From: Zygnema circumcarinatum SAG 698-1b
Taxonomy: Eukaryota > Plantae > Zygnematophyceae
Reading direction: 5' to 3'
DNA: 64,000 nt
Assembly: GCA_037447605.1 (NCBI GenBank)
Contig: CM074814.1
Coordinates: 2,542,001 to 2,606,000, forward strand
Below are positions 25,420 to 37,800 of this stretch, piece by piece. The position numbers were made by a program, and so were the translations under genes. How positions within the stretch are numbered: position 1 is the first letter of the stretch; every line of letters starts with the position of its first letter. Under the pieces are notes generated by a model, which saw nothing but the letters and a program-made list of their open reading frames with translations, did no database searches and was not told the origin of the DNA.

Positions 25420-25592
25420 GTTCCAGTCGCAGTTCCACTTTTAGTTCCAATTCCAGTTCCAGTTTTACTTTTGTTCCATTCACAGTCTTAGTCGCTGTTG
25501 AAGTTCCAGTTCCAGTTCGAGTTCCTGTTCCTGTTCCAGTTTCAGTTGCAGTTCCATTCCCAATTTAAGTTCCTGTTCCAGTTCCAGTTCCT
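25420..25592. repeat. Degenerate (TTCCAG)n hexamer array
   Basis: Repeated TTCCAG/TTCCTG/TTGCAG units. A similar CAGTT-rich array lies at about 59950-60030. Confidence 0.8.
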
Positions 25593-26594
25593 GTGTCGTA
25601 ACGGTGTCCAACCGGGCCGTGCTACAATTATTGACGATTACGGTAGCATGACGGTTTGAAGCAGGAAGGAAAATAATTTATTTTCAAATGTTGGAAACAT
25701 CTGAAAAAACTGTCGGCAGAAATTTTTACTGCCCAAAATCTCCCAGTTTCGGCTAATGTACGGTCAGGATTTGATTTTTGAAACTTGTTTTCAAAAAATA
25801 TTTGCTAATTTTTTGTGTAACAAATTAGGGCACACCTTTCGGGCAGCCTTGAAACATGTGTTTCTGCAGGTAGCTGAGAACGCCCACAGGCGACTTCCAG
25901 CGAAGGTAGAAAAAGTAGACTTTAAAAAAAAAAATCTAGACAGTTTTTGTGTCGCGCATCTTAACACGTTTTTAGGGTACTGTTGAAGTTGTTGAATTCA
26001 GGAAATTTTTACTTTACTTTGTGAGGCTGTACCTTTCCCTTCCTCTCTTGCCTGCACCTATTCAGAATATTACAGAGCCGGACCGATTTTCGATAAGCAG
26101 TTGGATCTAATCGTGGTATATCTGTGAGCGATTGATTGAATTATTGTCTGGAGGATTGAAAAATGAGTTTCTTGAATACATCCCTACTTTTCTTCGCGAT
26201 CGGTTTCCTCGCGGCAGTTTCCGTACGAGTCTTGTTCAACGAAACCCCTTCCAAAAATGTGTATGTATCCGCATTGCCGCATATGCATGAAAAGCAATGG
26301 ACCTGCAACAGATTTTTGACAAAAAATAAGGTTTGTTTATTTGAAAATGTGTCAGTTTGCTGTTGAATACTCATTCTGACGTATTTTTCGATTGTTTGGC
26401 TGCGTAGAATTAGGCAAATATTTTTCAGCTGACTTGTCCTGGGAAAAACATTCCACCTGATGCACATTGTTGTCTCACTTTTTATTGGTTGCTGCATTGC
26501 AGGTTACATATGACGCTCGCGATCACTACAGTGATCTGCTTATGGATGGTGTAAGTTCCTCCCTTTCGATTGCTATCATTTTAACATTTCTTCC

Positions 26595-26826
26595 ACCCTC
26601 CCCCTCCCCTCCCCTCCCCCTCCCCCTCCCCCTCCCCTCCCCCTCCCCCTCCCCTCCCCTCCCCTCCCCCTCCCCCTCCCCCTCCCCCTCCCCCTCCCCT
26701 CCCCCTCCCCTCCCCCTCCCCTCCCCTCCCCTCCCCCTCCCCTCCCCCTCCCCTCCCCCTCCCCTCCCCTCCCCCTCCCCCCTCCCCTCCCCTCCCCTCC
26801 CCCTCCCCTCCCCCCTCCCCCTCCCC
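26595..26826. repeat. Polypyrimidine (CCCCT/CCCCCT)n tract
   Basis: Almost pure C/T run visible directly. Confidence 0.95.
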
Positions 26827-27572
26827 TTGGTCCCCCGTTCCAACAAACGCTGAGATCGCACATTTTTGTTCCGCAGGTGGGCCATAGTCTTCTTGGCGCA
26901 GGCGAATCCGCTCATAGTTCCAATTCTTAAGGTGGAGGATTAATGGGCAGGGAAGCAAGCACTGTGCGGCTGTACAGTGTAGCCGATCTCGTATATGATT
27001 TCTTTCGCCGCCCTTTGTAATTTTTATAGTGTAAAGTGATAGGAGATTCCGAAGACTAGAGAGGTCCAGGCTTGAAATGTCTTTTTAGGGTTTCCATAGT
27101 AGGGCTCAATGCCTGTATGTTGAGGATGAAACCTTTAGAACCCAAATTTATGCAATCTATGCAATAAATAACCGCTAATTTCACTGTCACTCGCAAACTT
27201 TTTGCCTTTAGGCTTCAGCAGAGAAATGCCTTTGGTTCACTATTGAAAATATTCCTCCAATTGGGAGGCTTTGGAGCGGGTCTAGTGGGCAAAGGAATCG
27301 GCATTCATTCATGTGATCAAGTTCAGGCGGTAAGTGAATATGAGCAGGTCTGATTAGCTGCTTTCTTAGTTGGTTAGTTTGACATGGCTTGGTTTGGTTG
27401 ATCTGGTCAGTTTTGGTCACTCAGTTTTGGTTGGTCACCAACGTTCAGTTGAAAGAAAAACTTAAAAATACTTTGGAAAACATGTTGAACGCAGTGCCCT
27501 TTTCTGACCTTCCAACTGCTACTCCCAAAACCAATGGTGGGCTCAACCAACCGTTGCAGATGTAGCAGTGGA

Positions 27573-27885
27573 CCCTCTCTCGAATTATTTGGAGGATAAA
27601 CCTTCCGGTTTGGTTTGCAGTTTCTAGTTTCTAGGTCGTACCCGAATAGGTAAATGGGGAATACCGACGTAATCTGAATTACTCGCTAAACGACAAAACG
27701 TGACACGACACCGCTTCTTCTTCTGCCCGCCGAGGAGGCGTACCTTCTAGGAACCTTCTTTTCCTTTCACATGGAGAGACCGTAAAACGGCGATGCTCAA
27801 AACTGTAACTGTCCGGAATTGTCAAGGGAATATAACTGGACGACACCTCGTTCCATGTGGCAGGTCGCTGCTTGACGGAGCCTGT
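27573..27885 (+). repeat. About 315-bp dispersed repeat, copy 1 (upstream of SUB1-like gene A)
   Basis: Colinear direct copy at 40509-40824: shared CCCTCTCTCGAATTATTTGGAGGATAAACCTTCCG, TACCTTCTAGGAACCTTC and TTCCATGTGGCAGGTCGCTG. Confidence 0.9.
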
Positions 27886-28370
27886 CTCTAACGAGCTTAA
27901 CGGAACTAGGAATTCTACCGCCGTCCGTACATCCAGTTGGGCGGTGACAGTACGCTGCTCCGGAAGGGGTGTAACGCCATTACGACCATTCGCGTGCCGC
28001 CACGTGGCTACCAAAGATCCACCAGCGTGCGACTGCCACGCTGGCTGGAAGCCGTCAACGCTCGGTGGCGGCTGTAGTGGCGGCTGTAGTGGCGGCTGTA
28101 GTGGCGGCGTCCGTCGCCTCCTGCAAACCCTAAAAAACCGTCGGCGACGCGCGTACGGTAACCGCGGTGGGCCACGGCGGACGCTTCAAATCGTCCACGT
28201 GGCGATCGCTGATTGGAAAACGGCATTTCGAAACTCTTTCGAAACATTTCGAAATTTTGGAACTCGTCTTTTTACCTGCAAAACGGCGTCCTACGTGGAC
28301 CGTAACCAGCTCGTTACGAAACGGGCTGATGGAAACCCACCGCACCCGGGAAGCGGCGCAGGAGACGGCC

Positions 28371-30686
28371 ATGGCGGCTACCGCTTACGCACTGCTGCTC
28401 GCTACCGCAGCCATGGCTGCTCTGATTTGCTTCACGCCGCTGCCTACCTCCGCCATGGATCCTCCTCTCTCCCCCCACCCTCCTTCGCGTTCCTCCTCTT
28501 CCGCTCCCTCCCCCTCTCCCTCCGAACCCTACCCGCCATGGCGGAGAGGGGAGAAAGGCTTCAACCCTCTCGAGCTGTACCTCTTCTTCCCCCCCTATCC
28601 GTACGACCTGTGGGTGGGCGTGATGCATCGCTGGGCGAGTCTGCGCTGCCAAGCGAACGAGGCGGCGTTCCTCCGCCGCATTCTCGTGCTCGACCAGAGC
28701 CTGCACGTTCCGGGGAGGCACAACGGGGGGGTCCGGGAGGAGCGCCCGCTTGAGCTCTACTTTGACCTTCCGTACCTCCGCCAGTAAGGCCGTGACTGGG
28801 CCTACTACTCCACAAGCAGGGGGGGATTCAGGAATTTTGGTCTGGGGGGTGAAGCTCTCTTTGAGCGTAAAGTACATAAGATAAGATTAAAAGAAAAATG
28901 TTCAACTTTTTAAGATCTCAGGGGGGGGGGGGGGAGGTCTAAGGTCCCAAAGTCGTATTTGTAGGTCGACTGCCTGCAAGGCCCAACCCAGTTTCTTCCT
29001 GGATTCAAACTTGGAGGCGTGTGAGTGTGTGGGAGGCACGAGGAGATCATGAAGCGTCTGAAAAATTCAAATGTTTGTGGTTTTGCGTAGCCATGTTGCA
29101 GTCATAGAAATGAAAACTTTCTTGACAGGATGGAAGAAATCTTCGAAAGAATCCAACTTGGAGATAGTTCCAATTCGTTGGGGGAACAGTACCTCGGTTT
29201 TGAGTCGAAGCACAGCCACCGTTGTGAAGCGAGAATACTCGGTCTCGGGGAAGTACGGATTCTTTCCCTGCAGAGGACCTGAAGGGGTGGGCATTCTGAA
29301 TACCCTCTCCGCTTTTATCTTGTCAAAAAGGGAGGAATCGCACAGTCTCAAATGTGGTACGAATTAAGGAACAGTAGAATGGTGGTGGTATTGATTAAGA
29401 AAAACACTGCTGCATATGGGGTAGCATCTCAAACAAAAATCGTTGTGCTTTCTGGAATGAAGGACATTCTTATTTCTCCGGTGACGGTAGGTGAAGGTGA
29501 AGCTGAAGGTACTTGGGTGAGGTTTTTCCTTGTGAAGCAGTTGCTGCTTTCATAGAAGAACGCTGGTCAGTTTTCTAGATCGCTCGTCAATGTTGTTTCT
29601 TTCTTCGCTGAGAACAATCATAATTCATATGCTCCCATAGGGTCAACCTTCATAGATAATGCTCGCACATAGATCTTGGTCTCCCTTTCCTTTAAGTCGG
29701 TCCAGGAAGATACTCTTCCACGCTTTCGTAGCTTCAAATGTGAAGCCCTGAGATAGCCACTAGTTCGGCTCAAACAACAGGTTGAAATATAACAGTAATC
29801 CCTCCATGTGCTTCGGATTTTGAGCGCAGCTTATCGAACTCGTCGAACCAATTCGGTACGCCGCGCCTCTGCTCGAAATGGCAGAGACCATTCTCTTGGA
29901 TCTGCCAAATGACACAGTCGGCTTGCACGTGCGAAGAGGAGATAAGCTAAAATTGATAGGAAAATACCCGCATCTCCAAAACGACACTCAACCGGCTCAG
30001 TATGTATCTTAGAGTCTGCTGGTGATGCCTCGGATTCAGAGTCGGCTTCAGTAATAAGGGGGTGTGCAGAAAGAGAATACAGACTGACTAGTCGCCAACA
30101 CTGCCTTTCCTTTCTGCCAATGTTATAATGATGGAGTGTGTTTACCTCTGTGCAGAATGCTTCAGTTCATAGCTTTTTGACTGCTGGCTTTGTGCATGGC
30201 AGCATTATGGAGGTTCTCCGCGCGAGAGAGATTCTTAAAGGGAGAATGATTTACATTGCGACGAATGAGAGGGAGGAGTTTTTCGAGCCACTCTCTGCTG
30301 AATATGAGCTGAGATTCATTAGCCACTATTCAAGTTTGTGGGCGCCGAGTTCCTCATGGTGGAACAGTACTCAAGAGTCACTAGGCGGACGGGGTGCGCC
30401 CAAATTTGACGGTGCAATGAAGGTAAAAGATTTGCCTCTGTATACAACTTGGTTGGTTGGACACTCTCCCATCTGGGCTTTTTTCTAAGAACCAATTCCC
30501 CCCCCCCCTCCAGCACTGTTTAGTATTGAGACACTGCTTTTGGCCATGCTTCTCCATAGATTAAGACAAGGGCATGGCTCAACTGTTGGCTATCATCATG
30601 TGCAGGGCATTGTGGACTACTCAATTATGGATGGACTCCAAATCCGTCTTGAAACCTTCAACGATTTGACGCCGGACCCAAAATGA
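28371..30686 (+). CDS. SUB1/At3g56750-like putative O-fucosyltransferase-superfamily protein, paralog A, 5 exons
   Basis: Exons 28371-28783 (alternative in-frame ATG at 28329), 29091-29286, 29830-29999, 30203-30422 and 30606-30686 are in frame. Signal/anchor MAATAYALLLATAAMAALICF, then SLRCQANEAAFLRRILVL, LYFDL, VGLHVRRGDK..YPHLQNDTQP, IYIATNEREEFFEPL, FDGAMKGIVDY, LETFNDLT. Confidence 0.82.
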
Positions 30687-31398
30687 TAAACAAGGTAATA
30701 CATTGCCAGGGTGGAGATTTCGGTGACATATGAAAACGCATGGAGAGGAAGAAGGAGCAGCTTAAGACTTTGCAGGAGTCGAGACACTCACCAGTACGCT
30801 TAAAACTTAATTGAGGATGACCGCATGCGCCAAGTGATAGGGCGCATTTCGTAGCACATCGTCCCGAAGGAATGTCCCTTTCTCCCTTAAACTGACGGGG
30901 ATTTGAGGACCCCAAAAATGTTGTACATTGACGACTCAAATTGATCTGACCATAAGGGGGAAATTCGCCTCAGTTTTTTAAGGATTTACTTCTAGATAGT
31001 GCTCTTTTCTTGGGTATGGAGTGATAATGACAGTTTTTATTTAAGGCTCAATTTCGTTAGTGTATGAGCGCTAATCCACTGTCAGTACTCTCTTCTCTAT
31101 ATGGTTGGTGCCTCATCTCTCAGAGCATGACTCTGGGCAGATTGCATTCAAACTGACTCCAAATAAAATATGTGAAGGCATACAGCACAAAAGGAAACAT
31201 ACACTTACAAAATACGGAATACATGGTGAAAGCCTCAAGGGCCATGAAACTCCATTGAGGATAATCAAGAAGATACAGCTCAAGAGTTAAGCGCACAGTC
31301 CTTCACTACTAGCCTATACAAACTCTCCGTCCCCCAAAACAAATAAACATTATTAGACGCTGCGATGCAATCCCGGCCCGCCCTCCTCCCTCCTTTTA

Positions 31399-31595
31399 GG
31401 GGGAGTCAGACCTTGACCATCGCCAAATCAATTTCGTAAGCCTGTCGGGCGAATTCAGCATTGGCTAGGTACGCATTTCGGTACGGCTGGGCTTGGCGGA
31501 TCTGCGGATCCCGACCCGGAATTCGTACACGAAAGAAGTGAACTTTCGTATAAGGAATTCGGGAATTTCGTAAGCGATGGTCAAGGTCTGACTCC
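31399..31595. mobile_element. MITE (about 200 bp) with 22-bp TIRs
   Basis: GGAGTCAGACCTTGACCATCGC (31402-31423) and its perfect reverse complement GCGATGGTCAAGGTCTGACTCC (31574-31595). TA on both flanks. Confidence 0.8.
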
Positions 31596-31600
31596 TATTA

Positions 31601-32177
31601 GGGGGTGTCAGACTTAACAAAATGTTACGAATATCGAGTTTTTAGTATTACGAGAATCGAGGTTACTAAGTACTAAAAATCATCGCGCCCCCGAACCTAA
31701 AGCGAACCGAACGGAAGTCAACTGTGCTAAGTCAACGGGTCAACGTTGCGAAGATTGACCCGTGGGGTTTACTGAAATTGCATTTCTTCGCACGATTTTG
31801 TTCGCACCCAAAAGAGGCGCTGAAATGGACGTGCGAAGAAAATACTGGCGAAAATTGCGTCAACGTGACGTCATGGTTGTTTTCCCGGCTTCCTGCCCGC
31901 GCCCGCGCCCGCCCGTGACGCGCAACACGACACAACGACAAGCGGTCTCCGCGCGCCGCGCCGGCGCTGTTTCTAAGTCTGAGGGCCCCGCGCGAGGGCG
32001 AAGTTGCGAAGACGGCGTTTGGAGAAGTGCGAAGACGGCGATCGCGGAGTGCGAACAGGACCGCGCCGCGAGTGCGAAAAACTACGCTCGGGAATTTTAG
32101 TTTTACTGACGTTGACTCGAAATGTTACGAATATCGAGTTTTCAGTATTACGAGAATTTTTTAAGTCTGACACGCCC
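31601..32177. mobile_element. MITE (about 580 bp) with related TIRs
   Basis: Left end GGGGGTGTCAGACTTAA; right end TTAAGTCTGACACGCCC; TA on both flanks. The subterminal block AAATGTTACGAATATCGAGTTTT.AGTATTACGAGAAT is repeated at about 31620 and 32120. Confidence 0.75.
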
Positions 32178-33714
32178 TATTGGGCAGATTTGGTCCAAAG
32201 TCTTCAAAGGCGAAAAAGCGGGTAGACAAAAACATTTCTGGGCTTTCAGATATGACACGTGGTTTGTTGGCTTGCGGATACAGTTTAGGACCCCATCATA
32301 TTTTCCACCTGGTTTTAGCAAATATCTGGCGAAAATATTGCTTTTCGCAAATATCAGGTCTGTGTTACCAATAGGCGAGCGGAAGTATGTTAGAGTTCAT
32401 GTATGTCCGTACGTCTCGTATCGTATCGTTTGCTGGTATATCGTACCGCATCGTACCGTATCGTATCGTAGCATCTGACACTACGGTGGCCTCTTGCGAC
32501 GGCTTTGTCAATCCCATCCGCAACTAGCCAATCGGAGCACGCCACGTGTTACACAAGTACTACTTTGTCGCATGTGCCCAGTCAAAAAAATGGCCAAACG
32601 TTTTGAGAGCTGCTCTGGAATCCACTCCACCATTCAGAAGGGCCCATTGCACGGATCGGGCGGGTAAAACCTTTCTCGAGCTGCCCGGAAGCGATGACGT
32701 CATCCCTCGGCGCCGCGGAGTGGGCCCCACAGCGCCACGCAAGCACACAAGGATTTGGTTTGGCCTCGTCCGCGGATGCTCATGACGTGACGTCAGATCG
32801 ACCCGCCGCGCCGCACACCAAAATGTAGATGACAATGTTCGGACTTGGGACCAAAGCCAGCGCACAACATTCCTTGGCGTGATTTTTAACTCATCACATA
32901 TCCTCGATAGCGACGCGGTCATGGTCTGCTGCGCAACCAAAGAGAGCGATCGACTGTCTGCATGGCGCCGCAATGCCAACGAGATACTAAAGCCGACAAC
33001 AAACCATCCATGCATCCATCCCCCAAGCGTGTCTTTATGCATCCCCTGTGCATGCCACTGCCATGGTGCGTCCACTCCCTCATCATGCCATGCATGTGCA
33101 GGTACGCGCACTTCTGTAGAGCCATAATAAGTTTGACCGCCACCTCCTCTAAAAGGTGCGAAAAGAGGGAGGAGAGGCGTCATGCGCCCCATGGGCCACT
33201 CTCGCATGGGACAAAGTCGCATGCCTATTCGCACTCGCTGAGGCCGCGGTCGTTCTGTGTTGTGTTGTTGCGCAGGCCCCAATCCGCTGCTTCAAGACAC
33301 GCCTGCATGCATGCAGAGGAGACCGTCAGGGAGCAGGCCGATGAAGGAAGGTGAATCTTGAAAGAACGGGGGAAAACGACTGGAGGAGATTTTAAGTATA
33401 GCATAGAAAGCATCCGTTTTTGGAATGCAACAAATGACCTTTCTAGGAATTTGATGCAATAAGGTAACTCTTAGTTTCTTGTGAAGAGGATTATAACGGA
33501 TCACTCGTAAAAAAAAAGCTAACTTCCCATCAGAAAGCCTAATGATAACAAAGCAAGTATTGACTGCAACGCATCTTCCAGTTCAACGATTAAGCAGAGT
33601 CGAATCCAAACATTCCAAAATGATCAGAAGAAAGACAGCACTACGCAGCAGAAGCCATAGGAGGTGTCCCGGGACAATGCAAAGAGTACCAGCATCGAGA
33701 ACTAGAGGAGAGGC

Positions 33715-34778
33715 TCAAGGAGAACGGCTCGGAGGGGGACGTCGAGGAGGGGGTCGACGGCTGGGAGGAGGTTTACGTAGAGGGGGAGGGGGACTTTTTT
33801 TAAAGGGGGCGGGAACGGGGAGGAGGGGGACGCGGAGGAGGGGATAGTGAAGCTGCAGGATTGCAAGGGCATTGTGTGAGTTCCCGTTCATAATTAAAGG
33901 TGAACTCACTTCTTCCAAGACTTTTGACGTCATATTTCATCATCTATGTGCATTTTAGGCTATATGCATCTCCACGGAAATTCAGATTCCTATGTCATTT
34001 TTCGGACTACGCAATTTTCTCTTTGAAAAGCAGAGAAGTCAAAGTCGCAGGTTATCTAGCTACTGCAAATGTAGACGAGATATGTTGTAGCTTGCATGGG
34101 ATTGGATTGGGTTGAGAAAATTATTGAAAGCTAAAACCACGATATCGGAGCAGCACTCTCGATATATCCTAATAAACTTTGCACCATTTTTTGAATGGGC
34201 TTGCAGAGTTCACCAAATAATACTTGCCATGTGCTTCTAGAAGGAGAATTGAATCTCTTTTATTGGCGGCATCAAATGGATCGCATTCAGGGTGCTCTAA
34301 CAGCAACGACAATGTAAAATTTGATAGCAAAAGTTGATAGTTTCCACAACCCATGCCACCCTTTACTTTTCCATTCTTGCGAGTATCCACAAGCAGCAAG
34401 TTGCAACTCACCACACGTGCCAGATGCCAGCGCATATCCCTTGTCGCATGTGCACGTGGCCGTGCCGTACCCGCACGTGCCGCGGCCCCCGCACGCTCCC
34501 TCGGGAGAGCCGCTCTGGCAGAAGGCCGCGCACTGTTGCGGAGGTCTCTGCTTTTTAGGGGCGCGACATCCTGTGACATTGCGATAAATGCAGTTGTTGG
34601 TATACTTGAAGTAAGCAGCATAGAATTGGCAGAAGGGTCGCCCTCCCTTTGTAACGTTGATTGGCCCGGAGAAGTAGTTGTCTTGGATCTGCAGGTCCTC
34701 GAGGTACTCGCTTGCAAGAGTTATGGAGCCAGTCAACTTGTTGTTGGATAACCGCCTGATGACAATAACGGCGGCGCG

Positions 34779-34827
<49 letters not shown>

Positions 34828-37800
34828 CTTTCCTACAGAATCCGTACAAGCCTTCCTTGTGTCACAGCCACAGAAAACATTCGCTTGTGCTGTCTGCAAA
34901 GTCTCTGACTCCATCTTCACGACCCTACGCAACCTTCAGCCTTCAAACATTGAACCCCTAAATCTCTAAGCCTTTCCCTACATCCATTCTACCAGCAATC
35001 CCATAAACCCTGAACCCACTAAATCCCCATAGCTTCTAAACCTTTTAACTCATAAACCCCTAATCCCCTCGAGTTTTAAGACCTAAAACCTTAAACCCTA
35101 AACCCTAGACCTAATCCGTAAAACCTAAACACTACACTCTGGAAAATTACGTCCAATCTCTGGCATGCATAACTGAGCATTATTTTGCGTCAAAAAAGCC
35201 AGAGCCGTGATAGAAGTGACCAAACCGGCACCAAGTTTAAGAAAAACATGAGATAAAATCTCATGCAAGCGCGAATATAATGTAATAGTTTCAGAGTTAC
35301 GAATGCTTTTCGACGAGAACCAAAAAAATTTCAAACTGCAAATATAACGTTATGGATGCAGCGGTGCTCACAGCCATCGCAGTCGAGTGAGTTTGGTGAT
35401 AACGCCGGGCACTCTCCCCTCCAGTTTGTTGCTGCCCAAGTGCCTACAGACATACATAACGAAAAAAAAAACAAAACAACACAACAAGAAGGATTAGGCT
35501 GGTTTTGATCATGCACGCACCCACGCATGCAGGACCTATGGCGGACAACATGCTGCCATAACTAGCATTTCTATCACTTTCATTTCAGATTTATGGGGAA
35601 AAATACTCACAAGTATTGCAGATTCGCAAGGTTGCCGATAGAATCCGGAATAGACCCCGTTAGGGAATTAGAATATATCCATCTACAAGAATTGAAAAAA
35701 GGGCACTGAATAAATATGCTGCCACGACTAGCATTTCTATCACTGGCATTCCACTTCTATCACTGGCATTCCACTTCTATCACTTTCATTTTAGATAAGG
35801 GGAAATATACTTACAATGATTGCAGATTCGGAAGGTTGCTGATAGAATCCGGGATAGGCCCTGCTAGCGCATTATCATACAGGTTTCTGCCAAAAATAAA
35901 AAAAAGGGCACTAAATAAACATGCTGCCACAGAATTTTTATCATTGGCATTCCTTATTTTGGCATTTCTATCACTTTCAATTCAGATTTATGGGGAAAAA
36001 TGCTTACAACCAATGAAGAACCGCAAGGTTGCCGATAGAGTCCGGGATAGGCCCCGTTAGGGAATTAGAATACAGGTATCTGCCAAAAATAAAGGAAAGG
36101 GCGCTGAATAAACATGCTGCCACGACTAGCATTTCTATCACTGGCATTCCCCTTCTATCACTTTCATTTTAAATTGAAGGGGAAATATACTTACAGGTAT
36201 TGCAGATTTGCAAGGTTGCCGATTGAATCTGGGATCAACCCCGTTAGGGAATTGGAATACAAGAATCTGCGAGAAATAAAAAAGGCACTGAATAAGCATG
36301 CCACAAATAGCATTCCTATCGCTGGCATTCCTCTGTTTAGCATTTTTGTCACTTTCATTTCAGAGTTATGGGGAAATATACTTACAATGATTGCAGATTT
36401 GCAAGGTTGCCGATAGAATCCGGGATAGACCCCGTTAGGGCATTTTCATACAGGTATCTGCCAAAGATAAAGAAATGGGCACTGAATAAACCTTTAGTGT
36501 ATATTAGTTATTAGTTATTAGATACATAGTTTATGGGAGTTTATGGGAGCATGTGTTTGTTTGGTAGTCTAGAAGGCTAGACGGCAGAGCTAGGGTCGAG
36601 CTAGGATCTGGCCGGAGTCTAGAGGTGTGCGGGATACGCCTGAGGCGTAAGTCACAGAGACCATCGGAGCAAAGGTTCGCAACAGATCTGAACGGCCGGC
36701 TGTATGGAGATACTGAGTTGAGAGAAAATATGAATTTGGTTGAGTTCGGAATGGCACGCAGCCGAAGACAGGTGACATGATAGGCACGCAGCCATAGATG
36801 CATGGCGTGACCAACGCTTAGCGCTTGCTAGCAGGGTTGGTAGTCGCCCATGGTAGGTGCTTTGGGCGAAGTATAAATTGAGAGGGAGAACATTGAGACT
36901 TAACCCTTGATGTAGGCTGCGAGAAGCAGTAGGTGAAGCTTCTCGGAATGTGGTGAAGTTTCACAACATGAGGGTGGTAGTCTTGTAATGGAGTAGAGAT
37001 GCAGGGGAGTGGCTCGTGCTGCATGCTTGTACTTCAGTTTAGAAGTTAAGAGTTTTAGGCCGTGGCGCTTTCTTATATCTCCTTGTCTTTCAGTCTTTCT
37101 ATTCTGTCTTTCATTCTTTGCCTGGGGCTATTATATGCTTTGTGAGTGACGTCTTGTGCTTCCGCAAAGGGTGGCGTCTCCTAGTTCAAGGGGTAAAGAG
37201 ATGTCATCTTTAGAGGCATCCTCTAGCAGGTCTGGAGGCTCCGCATCTACATAAAAATGCTGCCACGACTTAGCATTCCTATCACTAGCATTCCTTTGTC
37301 TAGCATTTCTATCACTTTCATTTCAGATTTATGTGGAAAAATACTTACAACCAATAAAGATTCGCAAGGTTGCCAATAGACTCCGGGATAGACCCCGTAA
37401 GGGAATTAGTATTCAACTCTCTGCAAACAATAGAAATAAAGGGCATTGTATAAACATGCTGCCACGACTAGCATTCCTATCACTGGCATTCCTTTGTCTG
37501 GCATTTCTATCACTTTCATTTCAGATTTATGGGGAAAAATACTTACAAAGCGATCAGATTTGCAAGGTTGCCGATAGCCTCCGGGATAGACCCTGTTAGG
37601 GAATTATCACTCAGCAATCTGCCATAAAAAAAAAAAAGGGGCACTAAATAAACATGCTGCCACGACTAGCATTCCTATCACTGGCATTCCTCTGTCTAGC
37701 ATTTCTATCACTTTTCATTTCAGATTTATGGGCAAAAATACTTACAACCAATAAAGATTCGCAAGGTTGCCGATAGATTCGGGGATAGACCCAGTTAGGG

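Noticed and set aside
27857-28877. 298-aa (+) and 187-aa (-) ORFs overlapping paralog A exon 1
   Set aside because: They are alternative-frame or antisense reads of a GC-rich exon and promoter; only the frame with the signal peptide and conserved motifs splices into the gene.
32560-33420. 240-aa minus-strand ORF and exon-like blocks (for example ICDELKITPRNVVRWLWSQ)
   Set aside because: No recognisable family and no consistent splice chain; it may be LRR 3' flank or a TE relic and could not be supported.
34940-35130. CCCTAAA-like repeats as a possible chromosome end or fusion scar
   Set aside because: Only two or three perfect units in a degenerate intronic patch; treated as a telo-box cluster.
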